A DNA stretch of 64,000 bases from Eledone cirrhosa (lineage: Eukaryota): assembly GCA_964016885.1 (NCBI GenBank), contig OZ024740.1, positions 241,614,001 to 241,678,000 of the forward strand, written 5' to 3'. The notes beneath the pieces are model-generated. The model did not search any database and was not told the DNA's origin. It was given only the letters and a program-made list of their open reading frames with translations. This document shows, piece after piece, positions 37,670-50,938 of the stretch. The position numbers were made by a program, and so were the translations under genes. The stretch's first letter is position 1. Every line of letters begins with the position of its first letter.

Positions 37670-38116
37670 TGAGAGAGAGAGAGAGAGAGAGGGCGCGTGT
37701 GCCATCAATAAAACAGGGAAACCACGAGTGTATGGAATCTATAACCTATGGAAGGCAGGGTAGTCACACAATAATTAAAAATATAAATTAAAATGCGCAT
37801 ACGCACCTCTATAACTATATAACACACACGTACAAATCCAAAGAGATCTGTGTCGCCAAGAAATTATTGACTGAAATGGAAGCGCCTATGGTTCATCAGC
37901 GTGTGTAAGGCAAATACATTCCAGACAACTCTAAGGAAATATAAGATAACCGCCCTCAACACGCAGCAGAGATGTGACAGCGTGCATACCAGTGGTATCT
38001 GAGGGACGACCTGCTAGAAATGGCAGCCGAAGACCACTCAAAGAGATGTGCTCAACCAAACAGAGAGAGAGGAAAGACTGTTATAAGGAGCGAACTATGG
38101 TTCCGTTAATTTATCT

Positions 38117-38150
<34 letters not shown>

Positions 38151-38152
<2 letters not shown>

Positions 38153-38288
38153 CGAACGAAATATGGTAAGGAACCAGGTGGACCATAACGCACCAAAGTA
38201 CTCAATACTTAGGGTAGTAGAGTGGGTAATAGGAACGAGCTCAAGCCGTCGAAACGGTTTGAGCTCAGCCGTCGGGGTCCTACTCGTT

Positions 38289-38292
<4 letters not shown>
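38151..38292. mobile_element. (TA)n-embedded fold-back element, copy 2
   Basis: Same 80-bp arm, shortened hairpin, TA repeats on both sides. Confidence 0.8.
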
Positions 38293-38343
<51 letters not shown>

Positions 38344-38865
38344 ATGTATATATCGTTAGCAGCTAATGTTCTTAAATTATAAGTCTGAGTTTCACATTAC
38401 CTATTATATATATACAAACCAATATATATATACAAAACTATTCACGTTCACAATGAAATATGATTAGTTAACTGTAAAGTTATATTTGATTGGTGAAAAA
38501 TCATCTTTTGAATATGTATCACTTCATGTACGCAATGGTCATGTACAGCACATATGTTATTTGAGAATACTTGAATGCAATCTCTAAGTCTAAACACTGG
38601 GCAATGGAAGCCTTCAGAATCACTACGATGAAAAATCATTTGTAAGGTTGCTGTGACAACAACAACAATAACAACAATGATAACAATGATAATAAATGTT
38701 TGTATACATGTATATATATATAGAGAGATATATTTATACATATATACATATATAGATATATATATATATAGTGGTAGAACAATGGAAGGTAATATCCGTA
38801 GTGGTAGGGACCGCTAAGGTGAAACAATTGTTCTCGGTATGGTGAACTAACTGTTGTGTAACCAC

Positions 38866-38899
<34 letters not shown>

Positions 38900-38902
<3 letters not shown>

Positions 38903-39114
38903 AACGAGTAGGACCCCGACGGCTGAGCTCAAGCCGTTTCGACGGCTAATTCTGGATTAATTCTGGACTAATTTTAGTCCAGAATTAGCCGTCGAAACCG
39001 CTTGAGCTCGGCCGTCGAGGTCCTACTCGTTCCTATTACCCACTCTACTACCCTAAGTATCGAGTACTTTGGTGCGTTGTGGTCCATCTGGTTCCTTACC
39101 ACATTTCCTTCGTT
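38900..39114. mobile_element. (TA)n-embedded fold-back element, copy 3
   Basis: About 60-bp hairpin arms plus the 80-bp arm; TA repeats on both sides. Confidence 0.85.
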
Positions 39115-39294
39115 ATATATATATATATAAGAACATTTTCGCTCTACATGGCTGAATACGATAAATGTAATCTGAGTTTTTCGAATATTGATAACAACAT
39201 TTGATTCGTTTGCAATTATGCAACTCAAGAGCAAGAATGGAAGGTTCATTCCACTGACATGGCTATCGAATCGAATGTTATTATTAATAACACA

Positions 39295-39525
39295 AGGCAC
39301 AAGGCCAGCAATTACACAGTACATTACTGGTACTTTATATTATCGACCCCGTAAGGATGAAAGGCAAAGTTAACCTGGGCGGGATTTGAACTCTGTCCCT
39401 TTACGGTCTGAGTTCAAATCCCGCCGAGGTTAACTTTGCCTTTCATCCTTACGGGGTCGATAAAATAAAGTACCAGTAATGTACTGGATATTTGCTGGCC
39501 TTGTGCCAAAAGTAAAAACAATTAT
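39295..39525. repeat. Head-to-head inverted pair of truncated SINEs
   Basis: About 95-bp complementary arms separated by 16 nt. Confidence 0.85.
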
Positions 39526-39778
39526 TAATATTCGAAAAACTCAGATTAGATTTATTATATATATATATATGAAAGATAGAGAGAGAGAGAGAAAGAGGAA
39601 GAGGGGGAGAGAGGGATTAATAGGCAGTGAGAAAGACAATGAGATAGATAGGAGAGAGAGGCATATGGTTATGGATATATAAGAAAGTTGATGTATTCTA
39701 TAATAAATATTTGGAAGCAGATTTTCTCCCATGGGATAAGACATGCAGAAATGTGCCTTCTGACATGCATACCGATGT

Positions 39779-39869
<91 letters not shown>

Positions 39870-40309
39870 TATATTAGTCTTGCTAGTGTCACAGCAAAAT
39901 GTACCCAGTCCAATCTGTGAAGTTTTTGTACTGGTGAAACTGAAAGGTGGTCGTGCTCTAACATGGTTGGCGTTAGGTTGGGCATCCAGCCATAGTAACT
40001 ATGCCAAAAGCAGATCTGTATGAGCAAGTCATGGTCACCTGACATAACTTGTCCGCTAAAGTGATAATCAGTCTAACCCATACAAACATGAACAGTGGAC
40101 GTTAAATGATGATGATACACACACACACACACACGGAAATATGAAATATGCACAAAGACATGTACTCAAGCACATATATATGCAATGATATGTTGCTACA
40201 TGTGTAATATGAATAGATTTGTGATTGAAAATTTAACCATCATCTTTATTAAAATGATATTCATATATTAACTTGATATGTAAACAGAAAACTTTAACAA
40301 ACAACAGTT

Positions 40310-40354
40310 TTATATATATATATATTTTTTCTCTGACTTGTGTGTGCATATATA

Positions 40355-40410
<56 letters not shown>

Positions 40411-40440
40411 ATAACACACAAACATATATTGACCCACACA

Positions 40441-40484
<44 letters not shown>

Positions 40485-40594
40485 GATATAGCTACATATA
40501 TACATGTACACATACACATATATACAATCACCCACATGCACTCACGCACAGACACAGACACAGACAGATATATATATATATATATACATGTGTA

Positions 40595-40625
<31 letters not shown>

Positions 40626-40633
40626 TTATATAC

Positions 40634-40688
<55 letters not shown>

Positions 40689-40779
40689 CATGTATATATA
40701 TATATTCATATATATATATACATATATATATACATATATACATATATATATATATATACATATATACATATATATATAT

Positions 40780-40860
<81 letters not shown>

Positions 40861-40881
40861 CATATATACATATATATATAA

Positions 40882-40956
<75 letters not shown>

Positions 40957-40973
40957 CATATATACATATATAT

Positions 40974-41022
<49 letters not shown>

Positions 41023-41081
41023 TACATATATATATATACATATATACATATATATATACATATATACATACATATACATAT

Positions 41082-41135
<54 letters not shown>

Positions 41136-41175
41136 ACATACATGTATGCAGACATATGCATATATATATATATAT
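40310..41175. repeat. About 850-bp (TA)n/(TATACA)n low-complexity tract
   Basis: Visible directly; source of the spurious YI-repeat ORFs. Confidence 0.95.
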
Positions 41176-41260
41176 TGGTAAAAATCTGGGAGGTTATATC
41201 CGTGGTTGGTAGAGTACTTTTGGTAGAAAACCATGGTTTTCTAATTTGATGTGGAAATAA

Positions 41261-41294
<34 letters not shown>

Positions 41295-41302
41295 TATATA
41301 TC

Positions 41303-41842
41303 CAAAATTCAATAAGTCCAAGGGTTTGTTAGTATTATTATTATTTATTTTTACATCGCCATGGGCGTTTCAATGCGAATAGCGTATGAATTGTAGAGAA
41401 AAATAGATATTATCAGTAAAATTAATCCATTAGAGGTACTCTTCTAAAGACATCCTTTTTAACAACCCCTTCCGTAACCAATTAAAAGTTTTAATATATT
41501 TTAACATACTTGGGGAAAAACACCAAATTCCATATTTTTGCATCTCTAAAAATATATCCCAAGATTATACTTTTGCACTTATAAATTTATAATTCCATCC
41601 CCTTTGAATGCATATTGATTTGAGTCCTGTATTATTCTTAATAATTTGTCTTATTATATTAATTAATTTATTGTTATTTCTTATTATATTTCCTGAGTAG
41701 AGTACCTATAAGGGAGTAATTTTACTGACAATATCTGTTTATTTTCTCCACAAGTGATGGGATACTCTAACCGCATTGAAACTCCCGTAGCGATGTATAT
41801 ATGAATAATAATAATACTAATCCTTGGTCTTATTGAATTTTG
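41303..41842. mobile_element. Old MITE-like element with about 140-bp degenerate inverted arms
   Basis: CAAAATTCAATAAG...GGTACTC pairs with GAGTACC...CTTATTGAATTTTG. Confidence 0.6.
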
Positions 41843-41885
41843 AATTGTAAATGCTCTGCTATTGTAATTGCCCTTTGTTCGCTCC

Positions 41886-41948
<63 letters not shown>

Positions 41949-42003
41949 GCATACACACATACATACATACATGCATGTATGCATACATACATACATACAT
42001 ACA

Positions 42004-42034
<31 letters not shown>

Positions 42035-43438
42035 GCAAATATCTGGAAGAGAGGAGTGGATTTAGCACAATAACAGTTGTGTTGGGGTGAAATAAAGTAA
42101 AACTCATGTAAAATCATGTGTTGCTGCATATGTGTATTAAGATAAAAGATAAAAATATTTATTAGAAAAACAAAAAAATAACAAAAACACAAACAACAAC
42201 AACAAAGTGTAAAAATATGTAATGAGGTTTTGGGTTGGAAAGAAAAAATAATTATAAAGTAAAATAACTAAAAAATGTTTGTATAGAAGAATTGTAGATT
42301 TGGGTTTCATCAGCAGGACAGTGATTCGGTGCTGTTTGGGTGGGAGGTTCCATTTCGGACTGTGTAGGTACATTTTAAAGAGCTAGCTTGCATAATATAT
42401 GTAATAATAGTACAAAAAAATTTAAACTACTTCTTGCTTTTCTGGTCTACAAAATATGTTTTTCCTTTGGTTGGCTGTAAAGATTAAAAAGAGAATATGG
42501 AATATGGATAGATAAATGGATAGAATATGGATAGGTAAATAATTGAAAAGAAAACAATTGCATATATGAATACATACATTCATACATACATACATACATA
42601 ATGTCTGCCCTCTCGTTATCGAGTATGGCCATTGCACAATATAATATTACTAATAATTATCAATTAATTCTATCGTGCAATGTCTATGCGTGAAGATTTT
42701 TTTTAAGTGAGGAAGGACTGCACTGAGCCAATCCCACTCTCTGAGCGACAGTAGCTATAACCCGGAAAGAAGAAAAGATCAACATTATCGGTAATTACAC
42801 ATGCGAGCAGAAAAACCACCCTTAGGGTGGTTTTCTGCTCGCATGTGTAGTGTGTATATTGATATTATACGCAAGTATATATACATGTAGATATGATACA
42901 TCAAATAAAATCGTAATTGACAATATATAATACATAGAAATTGAACGAAGACTGCGTTACACTGTCTTATGTAATCAGTAACGTAATCCATGATACATTA
43001 AAAAAGACGATATTAAATATAAACTGCACTAGGAGAAAATTAGTATGTTTATTTAAGCGATGGCCAACCGGATGTGTTGACATTTCAGAAATTTTAAAGA
43101 TTTTAGGATCTTTAAATAAACAAAATATATTTAATCAACAGCCACGAAATTTAGTAGATAAATTATGTAATGTTCATTCATTATTTATTCGGACGTCATG
43201 CTTTGACGCATAGAGTTACGGCCCTTGCCATTCTGAGTTCAAACCCGCCGCGGTTAACTTTGCCTTTCATCCTTACAGGGTCGATAAAATAAAGTACCAG
43301 TAATTCACTGGATAATTGCTGGCCTTGTGCCAAAAGTAGAAACAATTATTTATTCAAAGTAATCCAACTTATTTTACTAATGGGATTAAAAATTATAAAC
43401 CGTACGCAGTCCCGCGCTCCTTAATTTATTATAGTTTA

Positions 43439-43541
<103 letters not shown>

Positions 43542-45403
43542 CATACGCAGTGTAATAAATCTTTATCAAATTATGTTCCCAACACTAGCTTAATAAAGAG
43601 AAAAGCAATTATTTTCCAAATCCCTCCAAATTCTTGATTATTTTGAAAATTATTTTAAAATTATAAACAGTGATTTTCATAATAATATAGTAAAAAAAGG
43701 GTTAATGTGAAAGTTATTTATATTAGCAAATCATCATAAACACTTGATTATTTTCGAAATGATTCTTTACAAAAAAGTTGAGGTAGAGAGTTGGGAATTG
43801 TAAAAAATTCAATTTCAGTGCTGGTGGTATCAATGTGGATATAATATAGAGTCAAGAGGAGTTATGGGCATCAAAATCATTGAAGACAATGACTTTGGAA
43901 GGAGGTGGGATACGATAGATATGTTAAATGAAGATATAGACGAAGAAGTGTTAGTTGTAGGTACAAGTATACCCCTTGCTGCTTCATATCCATTGTTTTA
44001 TCATATAAGGAGCGGTATAGTCCTTGAGAAATTACATACACAGTTGTATGCTCTACTTGCTGCTCATAACTCAACCATGAATCAAACAGAAACAATGTAA
44101 AAAGATATATGTTAACAGGAATATCTGACTTATTCAAAGGTAGATAACTCTTCGCATAGTAAAATATATGAGAGGTTTACAGAATTTATTGTGACTGCTT
44201 GACAATGTATGATGATATGGTCGGATTTCCTCCTTTGTAACAAGGGCTGTGTCTTTGTGAAGAAGAAGTGTGATTAACTGTACAGAATTTGCTACTGATA
44301 CCTGTCTTTTTTATGTTGGAAAGATGAAAGACATTCTCAAATTTCACTAATGAATTTAGAACTGGGAGAGACAAACACTATAAATTTACTATGGCCTATA
44401 GATATAATTGAATACTACTTTGTCACAACCAATTCCACAGTGTTGTGTTTTTACCCTACTTTTACAGACATCATAATCGTCACTGAGCAAGTAACCTAAG
44501 TGTTTACTTGGAGATATTTTTTAGAAATTTAATTTTAAAAACAGTTCTAATCTATCCCTAGTTGAGCCCTAGTATGATCAAAGCATCATACTTGTGACCA
44601 TCCCACACTTGTTTTCTTTAAGCATAGTGTATCCAGAACTATATTATCTGAAGGGTTCTTATTTTTTTTTTTTAAATAGTAGGGCGTGATTTGAGTGGCA
44701 GTTCGTTGCTACTTCGAGCAGGTTAAGTAACCACAAACAGGTTCTATGATCGGCTGACATACATTTTCAGTGAAATGATAGCTGCAGGAAGCACATTCAA
44801 CTATATAAAAACAATTGTTCCCACACTACAAAAATCTCCAAGTCTGAAAATATCATATTCATACTGGTAAAATGGATGCAGAAAATTGACATAAAACAGA
44901 ACCTCAAAAAATGGTATGGGGATATCTCTGCAGATATATGATTTTCTCCTTCATTTCTAGTAATCAAAATTATTCATATTATAATATGAGAGTGATGGAT
45001 TGGCAGAATTGATAGTGTCAGATTATATACCTTCCAGTAATTATTTCAGTTCTTTATGTTTCTATTTCATCCTTCCATGGTCAATAAAAATAAAATACCT
45101 CTCAAGTACTGAGATCAATATAATCAACTGTTCCTTGACTATTAAATTTGATGGCTTGTGTCTATGTAAGGATTTGACTTTCTCTTCCATCTCACTAGAG
45201 CTGGACAAATATATACCAGTTTTAACAGTAATAAACTAGGAGTGATTCAATTAGCTATGGTTTCTCTTCTAAAATCGTAGATTTTTACCAAGACATAAGA
45301 AATTACTAATCAACAACAGCATATGTCTATATCTAATGCTGATGAAAAAGAGATTACAACAAGCATATTGATACAGGAAATGTCATATTTACAGGACTAC
45401 GTT

Positions 45404-45590
45404 GTGGATTGGCAGTATCGGTAGAGGGTCGGACGCCATGCTTTCCAGCATAGTTACGTCCCTTTACGATCTGAGTTCAAATCCCGCCAAGGTTGACTTG
45501 GCCTTTCATCCTTACGGGGTCGATAAAATAAAGTACCAGTAAGGCACTGGGTAATTGCTGGCCTTGTGCCTAAAGTAGAAACAATTATTA
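45404..45590 (+). mobile_element. tRNA-derived SINE (major family)
   Basis: Near-consensus copy. Confidence 0.9.
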
Positions 45591-45912
45591 AATCTAATCC
45601 TAATCCCAGCTTATAGCCTAGTGCTCAAACTTATAGCAAGTCGTAGCGACCTTCTATTAGCTAGTCTCACTCACAAAGTTTGATATATATATATATCTAC
45701 ATGAAAGAAGTAGAAGAGAGAGTTAATAACATTTTTAAATATTTCTTTACTACAATACTAGTTTAGCTTATGGTTCTTATATAAAATGATGTTGGAAACA
45801 TTTCAATTTAAATAAGAAGCTTTTAAAATGGGTGGTTTTGTTTCATAGGACCAGAGCCAGTTTGGGGCAGATTGGTATCGAAATAGTTAAAGGACTTTCT
45901 ACAATTACATAC

Positions 45913-46017
45913 CGGCAATATCTTGAATGAACACGTAAGGTCTGCATCAATAATAAGTACTGCTGCTGCATTGTCAAACTCTCCACAGTAGTTTGGGGCA
46001 CTGAATAATGTTACTAA
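45913..46017 (-). CDS. PP1-family phosphatase exon ([35 protein letters not shown])
   Basis: tttttcag|TTA...CCG|gtatg; 105 nt; SAPNYC motif. A downstream terminal exon was not identified; read-through would stop at 45823. Confidence 0.93.
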
Positions 46018-46294
46018 CTGAAAAATAAAAGAGCAATACAGATTTAATGGTTTTAAAACAAATGTTAAGTAGTCATCTGCTGACATTAGCAGTATCGGTA
46101 GAGGGTTGGACGCTTTCTAGCATAGTTACGTCCCTTTACGGTCTGAGTTCAAATCCCGTCGAGGTTAATTTTGCCTTTCATCCTTACGGGGTCGATAAAA
46201 TAAAGTACCAGTAATGTACTGGGTAATTGCTGGCCGTGTGCCAAAAGTAGAAACAATTATTACTTATTAACTTTATTGTGGTTTGCGATATATA

Positions 46295-46822
46295 TGTAGC
46301 GACGTGGTTAGTCGGTCTGATCACTACTTCTGATCGGACTGTTATCGCATACGGTCTGATCGGATCTGAAGATAGCCCTTAAAAGGACTGTTGTCACATA
46401 CGGTAAGGATGAACAGACGAAAGCACAAGTTGAAAGGACGAAGCAAGGCGAGAGATGTAGTTTCGGTCAGCTATTTATTTTCATGCATGAAGCGATACGC
46501 GAGCTGACTCTGCCAAAGTCGACTTTAGCAGAGTCAACTCGCGTATCGTTGTTCCTCGCCCCTGCCACGCTTGTCACTCACACACGCCTTGTACCTCTGT
46601 ATCGTCGCTTCATATAAATAAATAGCTGACCGAAACTACATCTCTCGCCTTGCTCGTCCTTTCAACTTGTGCTTTCATCTGTTCATCCTTACCGTATGTG
46701 ACAACAGTCCTTTTAAGGGCTATCCTCAGATCCGATCAGACCGTATGCGATAACAGTCCTTTTAAGGGCTATTCTCGGATCCGATCAGAAGTAGCGATCA
46801 GACCGACTAACCACGTCGCTAC

Positions 46823-46823
<1 letters not shown>
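46295..46823. mobile_element. 529-bp TGT...ACA element with about 190-bp terminal inverted repeats in a TATA site
   Basis: tata|TGTAGCGACGTGG...CCACGTCGCTACA|tata, with a second hairpin inside. Confidence 0.8.
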
Positions 46824-46877
<54 letters not shown>

Positions 46878-47082
46878 CGGGATAACAAGTTATCGTTATA
46901 GGCTATCCACTTAGAGGTAGTTCAATTGTCAGCACTGTGAATAAAGCCCTTATTGTACAGACAACCATGTTACTCTTATTTCTTGAATTATTATATATAT
47001 ATATATATATAGGTATTAATGGTGCCAATTAATTGCGTCCGTGGGCAGTATGCCGATATGAGCACTCGATGCTCGTAAGGAG

Positions 47083-47147
47083 CAATTATAATTGATTCAG
47101 ACTCAATAATAATTGATTCAGACTCAATAATAATTGATTCAGACTCA
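47083..47147. repeat. 21-bp tandem repeat, about 3 copies (AATAATAATTGATTCAGACTC)
   Basis: Visible directly. Confidence 0.85.
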
Positions 47148-47244
47148 GGATCGATCATTAATTGATCGTTCCTCGACAATGAAACATATGTAATATGTAA
47201 TTAAATATGTATATGATGCAACACTGATTCTTTGTTCCCTTATA

Positions 47245-50200
47245 TATTATTATTATTATTATTATTTTCATTTATCTTGCTTTATGTTCATACGAGTTAT
47301 CACCAAGTCACAACCAGTGACCTCAAGAGACAACAAATTCCGCCATGTTCAAGAAAGAACATACATACTCACACATGCATCTTTAGTGTTTAGACTTGTG
47401 ATGTACTTATATTGACAGAATCTTCCTTAGTATATGGGCAGTTCCCATTAGTACTATCTTTTGTATTTCCTCTATACGCGGGTTTCCTAGGATTTTGGAT
47501 AAGTAATCATTAAACCCCTTAGGTATCATTCCTAGAGCGCCTACAACCACTGGTATTGTTTTAGTTCTCAACTTCCACATTTTCCAATCTCTATCTCCGG
47601 GTCTTTTATATTTGCTCAATTTTTCAAATGTTTTTATAGATACATTCATATCTATTGGAACGGACATATCAATTAGCAGGCATACCCTCTTTTTATAGTC
47701 CTTCAATATTATATCAGGTCTATTTGCATCTATTTTTCGGTCTATTTGGATGCTAAAGTTCCACAAAATTGAGATGTGATCTTTTTCAAGTACGGGAGGT
47801 GGTTGATGCTCCCACCAATTCTTTTGATGGGACAGGTCAAAATGCATACACATTACCCAATGTATGTATTCGGATACCATATAGCCACAGTTTCTGCTCT
47901 CTCCGACCACAGATCCTACAGATCTGTGCAGCCAATAGCATTCCTTCTGTAACTGTCTTAATGTTCCTTTTCATTAACCAGTTCCATATCTGCGGATCTC
48001 TGAATTATGTTTTCTTGAAGAAGACGCTATAAAGAACTTTTTCATCCAGGTTGTTATTCCTCTTTGTCTTTACCTTTTTCTAGGACGTCCTCTGGTCTTT
48101 TATCTTCTCCTTCTCTACCGCGTTAAACATTGGCTCGTTACTCTCAGGCACATATTTAAATAAACAGGTCTTCTCCATCTGAACACAGTCATCCATGCTG
48201 ATAAAACTTCACCCGCCTTCAGCTCTCTTTAAGTACAGTCTATTGACATCACCCTTCATATGAAACATACTGTAAGTAATCATTAATTTCATTGTCTTTG
48301 TATCCAGTTATTTATGCTCATTTACACTTCAGTTAAGAATTCCCGTACTGTACCTGATAACAGACATTGCTCGGTAATTTATTGCACATGACATCCCTTC
48401 TATTCAAATGGATTTTAGTATTTCTTTTACCCTCCTTATGTATTCAGATCGTATCACCCCTTCATCTCTTTGTCCTTGATGTTATCTGCTTCCAAAGCAC
48501 TCAGATGTATATATCCTGTTTCGGTATCGATCTCCTTTATCATATCACCCGTTGGTGTCTCGATTCCTTTGATTATCTTCAATTGGCCCCTCCTCATCAC
48601 TGAGACTCCACGCTTAATAATACAAAATTCCATATCAAAATTCGAACAGTATTAACAAGTACATCTAACTCTTCTCGTTCTCCCTGAAGAGTTTTAGTTC
48701 GTCAACGAAGAAGAGGTGGTGGTAAGCTCTCCTCTCTCCAGTTCATATCCTGCCTACACCCTTTGCAATATGCAATATCTTTGGAAGATACCTCTCTTAA
48801 TTTTCACTTCTTCCAAGGTCCCCCTCTCACCCGATGTTGACTGAGTGCAATGCAAAATATCAGAGAAGAAAACGAATTATCTATAAAAATGCCACAGTTA
48901 ATACTTATGTTGCTGGAATTTATAGTTCCATCACTGTGTGACAGTAATGAATTTCTATTCGACATAGACATGTATTTCAGGAAGTTTGATATCACTGGAA
49001 CATCCACAGTTTTCAAAATCCATGAGTGGGGAAAACTATCAAATGCTTTCTTATAGTCAATCCAAGCAGTACTCAGATTTCTGTGCTTGTTGTCAGTTTT
49101 CCAGAATCATAAGGTTAATGAGAAATTAGTATTTGAACCCGTAATATCCACGGCGACGACCCTTCTGCTCTGTAGGGAAAAGGTGACTTTCATCCATAAA
49201 TTTGTAGGGAGTTTCAGTCAAGATTGATGTGAGAATTGTGTATGATGTGGGAAGGCAAGTGATAGGACATATATACCTTGTGCAAACTAGTAAGGAGTTG
49301 TCTCAGGATTGTGCATAATTTCGTTATAACATTTTACTAACATATCATGGGTAGAGAAGATAACCAGAAGTTTGGCACTTTATCAATGCCAGGAGATTTC
49401 CATTTGTTGGCTTTCTTTAGTACCAACTCCAGTTCTTCCATAGTTATGTCTTGCCAAGTCTACCTTTCTAAATTATTATACGTTTCTTCCATCTTTTCTA
49501 TCCATTCTGCATTCACATTATGAGATTTGTCTGTACTCTATACTGTTTTAAAGAATTCTTCCTTACTTGAATTGTCTGTGCCCCAATTTCCCTGTAAAAC
49601 CTTTTTACATCTGACATAACAGCTCAATTTGCCTGTAAAACCTATTTCGCTTTTCAAGTCTTCTGATTCTTTAACTTTTCAGTTGTACTTTCTGTGTCAG
49701 GTTTTCTTTAAATTTAATTTGTATTTCTTAATCACTTTCCTTCCTTTTTTTGACTTGACAGATTTCCCAGTACTATTTCTCAATATGTCAATATTTCTCC
49801 CCTCATTTCAATTTCTTTCTCAATTTTTATCTTCCTGTGTGGTGTTTAGTGAGTGTTCTGTCCTTTTCGGTTTTTTCCTAACCCATATTTCCTTTCTATT
49901 ACCCTTGCTGCTGCATAAATACCCTAATTCAATTCTGATATATCAATGTTTGCTTTAACATCCTGATTTCCAGTCCTTGTCTGTCTTTTGTTCTGGTTGT
50001 TGCTTATCAATTTGTGCAAGGTTTCGCTTTCACCTATAAGTAATGTTGTTTTTTTTCAAGTTCATTGAGAATTTCTTGTTTTGTTTGTACTATTTGATCT
50101 TTGTGTTCATGAGTAGAACTATCCTCATCCATATTGACAACATTTCTTTCAGCTTGAACCTGCTCTGTTGCGTTTCTGATACCTTCAATTCTCTGTGAAA

Positions 50201-50450
50201 TCTCTCCTGGTGACAACATAGTCAAAACAATTTGTGGTGTTTCTTCTGTTACATATTCATTTCTATCCCTTTCTGATATTGGTATTCTCAAATTTTTTTC
50301 AACATTCTTCTTAATTTCATATAACTCTGCATCTGTTAGTCTCTTGTTTCTATAATTATCTCTTCTTATATTTGTAAGTTTGTTTTGGTCTCATTTCTGG
50401 ATTTTTTTCCCTCCATAAAGTAAGTATTTGTGTTGTACAGAGAGGGTATT
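47245..50450 (-). mobile_element. R4/Dong-clade LINE, family B (degenerate) with a (TAA)n tail
   Basis: WIDYKKAFDS, HLFFVDE, and RLE ANRPDIILKD...IDMSVP...K..KY...VVVGALG...LRKILSI; the 3' UTR ends in (AAT)n. Confidence 0.88.
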
Positions 50451-50938
50451 TGGTAAGCTGTGCTATTAGTTTGAGAGTGTGTAACATAGGATGTTAACTG
50501 TACCAAGCAGTGCTATATTTGAAGCTATAAGTCATGACATTTTCTTTAAGCTTGAAACTGTAGGCTGGTAAATAAATGTCTAAAAACATACTCACCAACT
50601 ATTTAGACAATATATAGTGATCCAATGAGACAGCCTGTGTGCTTTCATTTGTCCTGTTAGAAACAGTAGCCACATCATACTCAAATCATAACCTACTGTT
50701 TTACAAAATGAACGACATATTGGAAAATGGAATCTTAAATATATGAAAAAGGGTTGACCACAGCTTCAACGCTTTTTGAATTAAGTCTTTTCAATCAGGA
50801 TTGTCTTGTTAAATACCAACAACAAAGATGATATTGACGTAAACAGCAACCAGATATAAGGGCAAGGACAACGGTGTTGTTTTCTTCCTAATCTGTTGTC
50901 AATGCTAAGTAATAGTAACCTTAAGTGAAATGTCTTAC

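Noticed and set aside
40338-41305. Long ORFs of 200-303 aa made of YI/HI repeats
   Set aside because: Translations of a TA-rich microsatellite that lacks stop codons in those frames; not genes.
44186-45725. Candidate terminal exons for the PP1-like gene (acceptors near 45697, 44864, 44844 and 44362)
   Set aside because: Several AG sites give short, unrelated tails; none can be chosen without transcript data.
47083-47147. CRISPR-like repeat
   Set aside because: Head-to-tail 21-mers without spacers in eukaryotic DNA.
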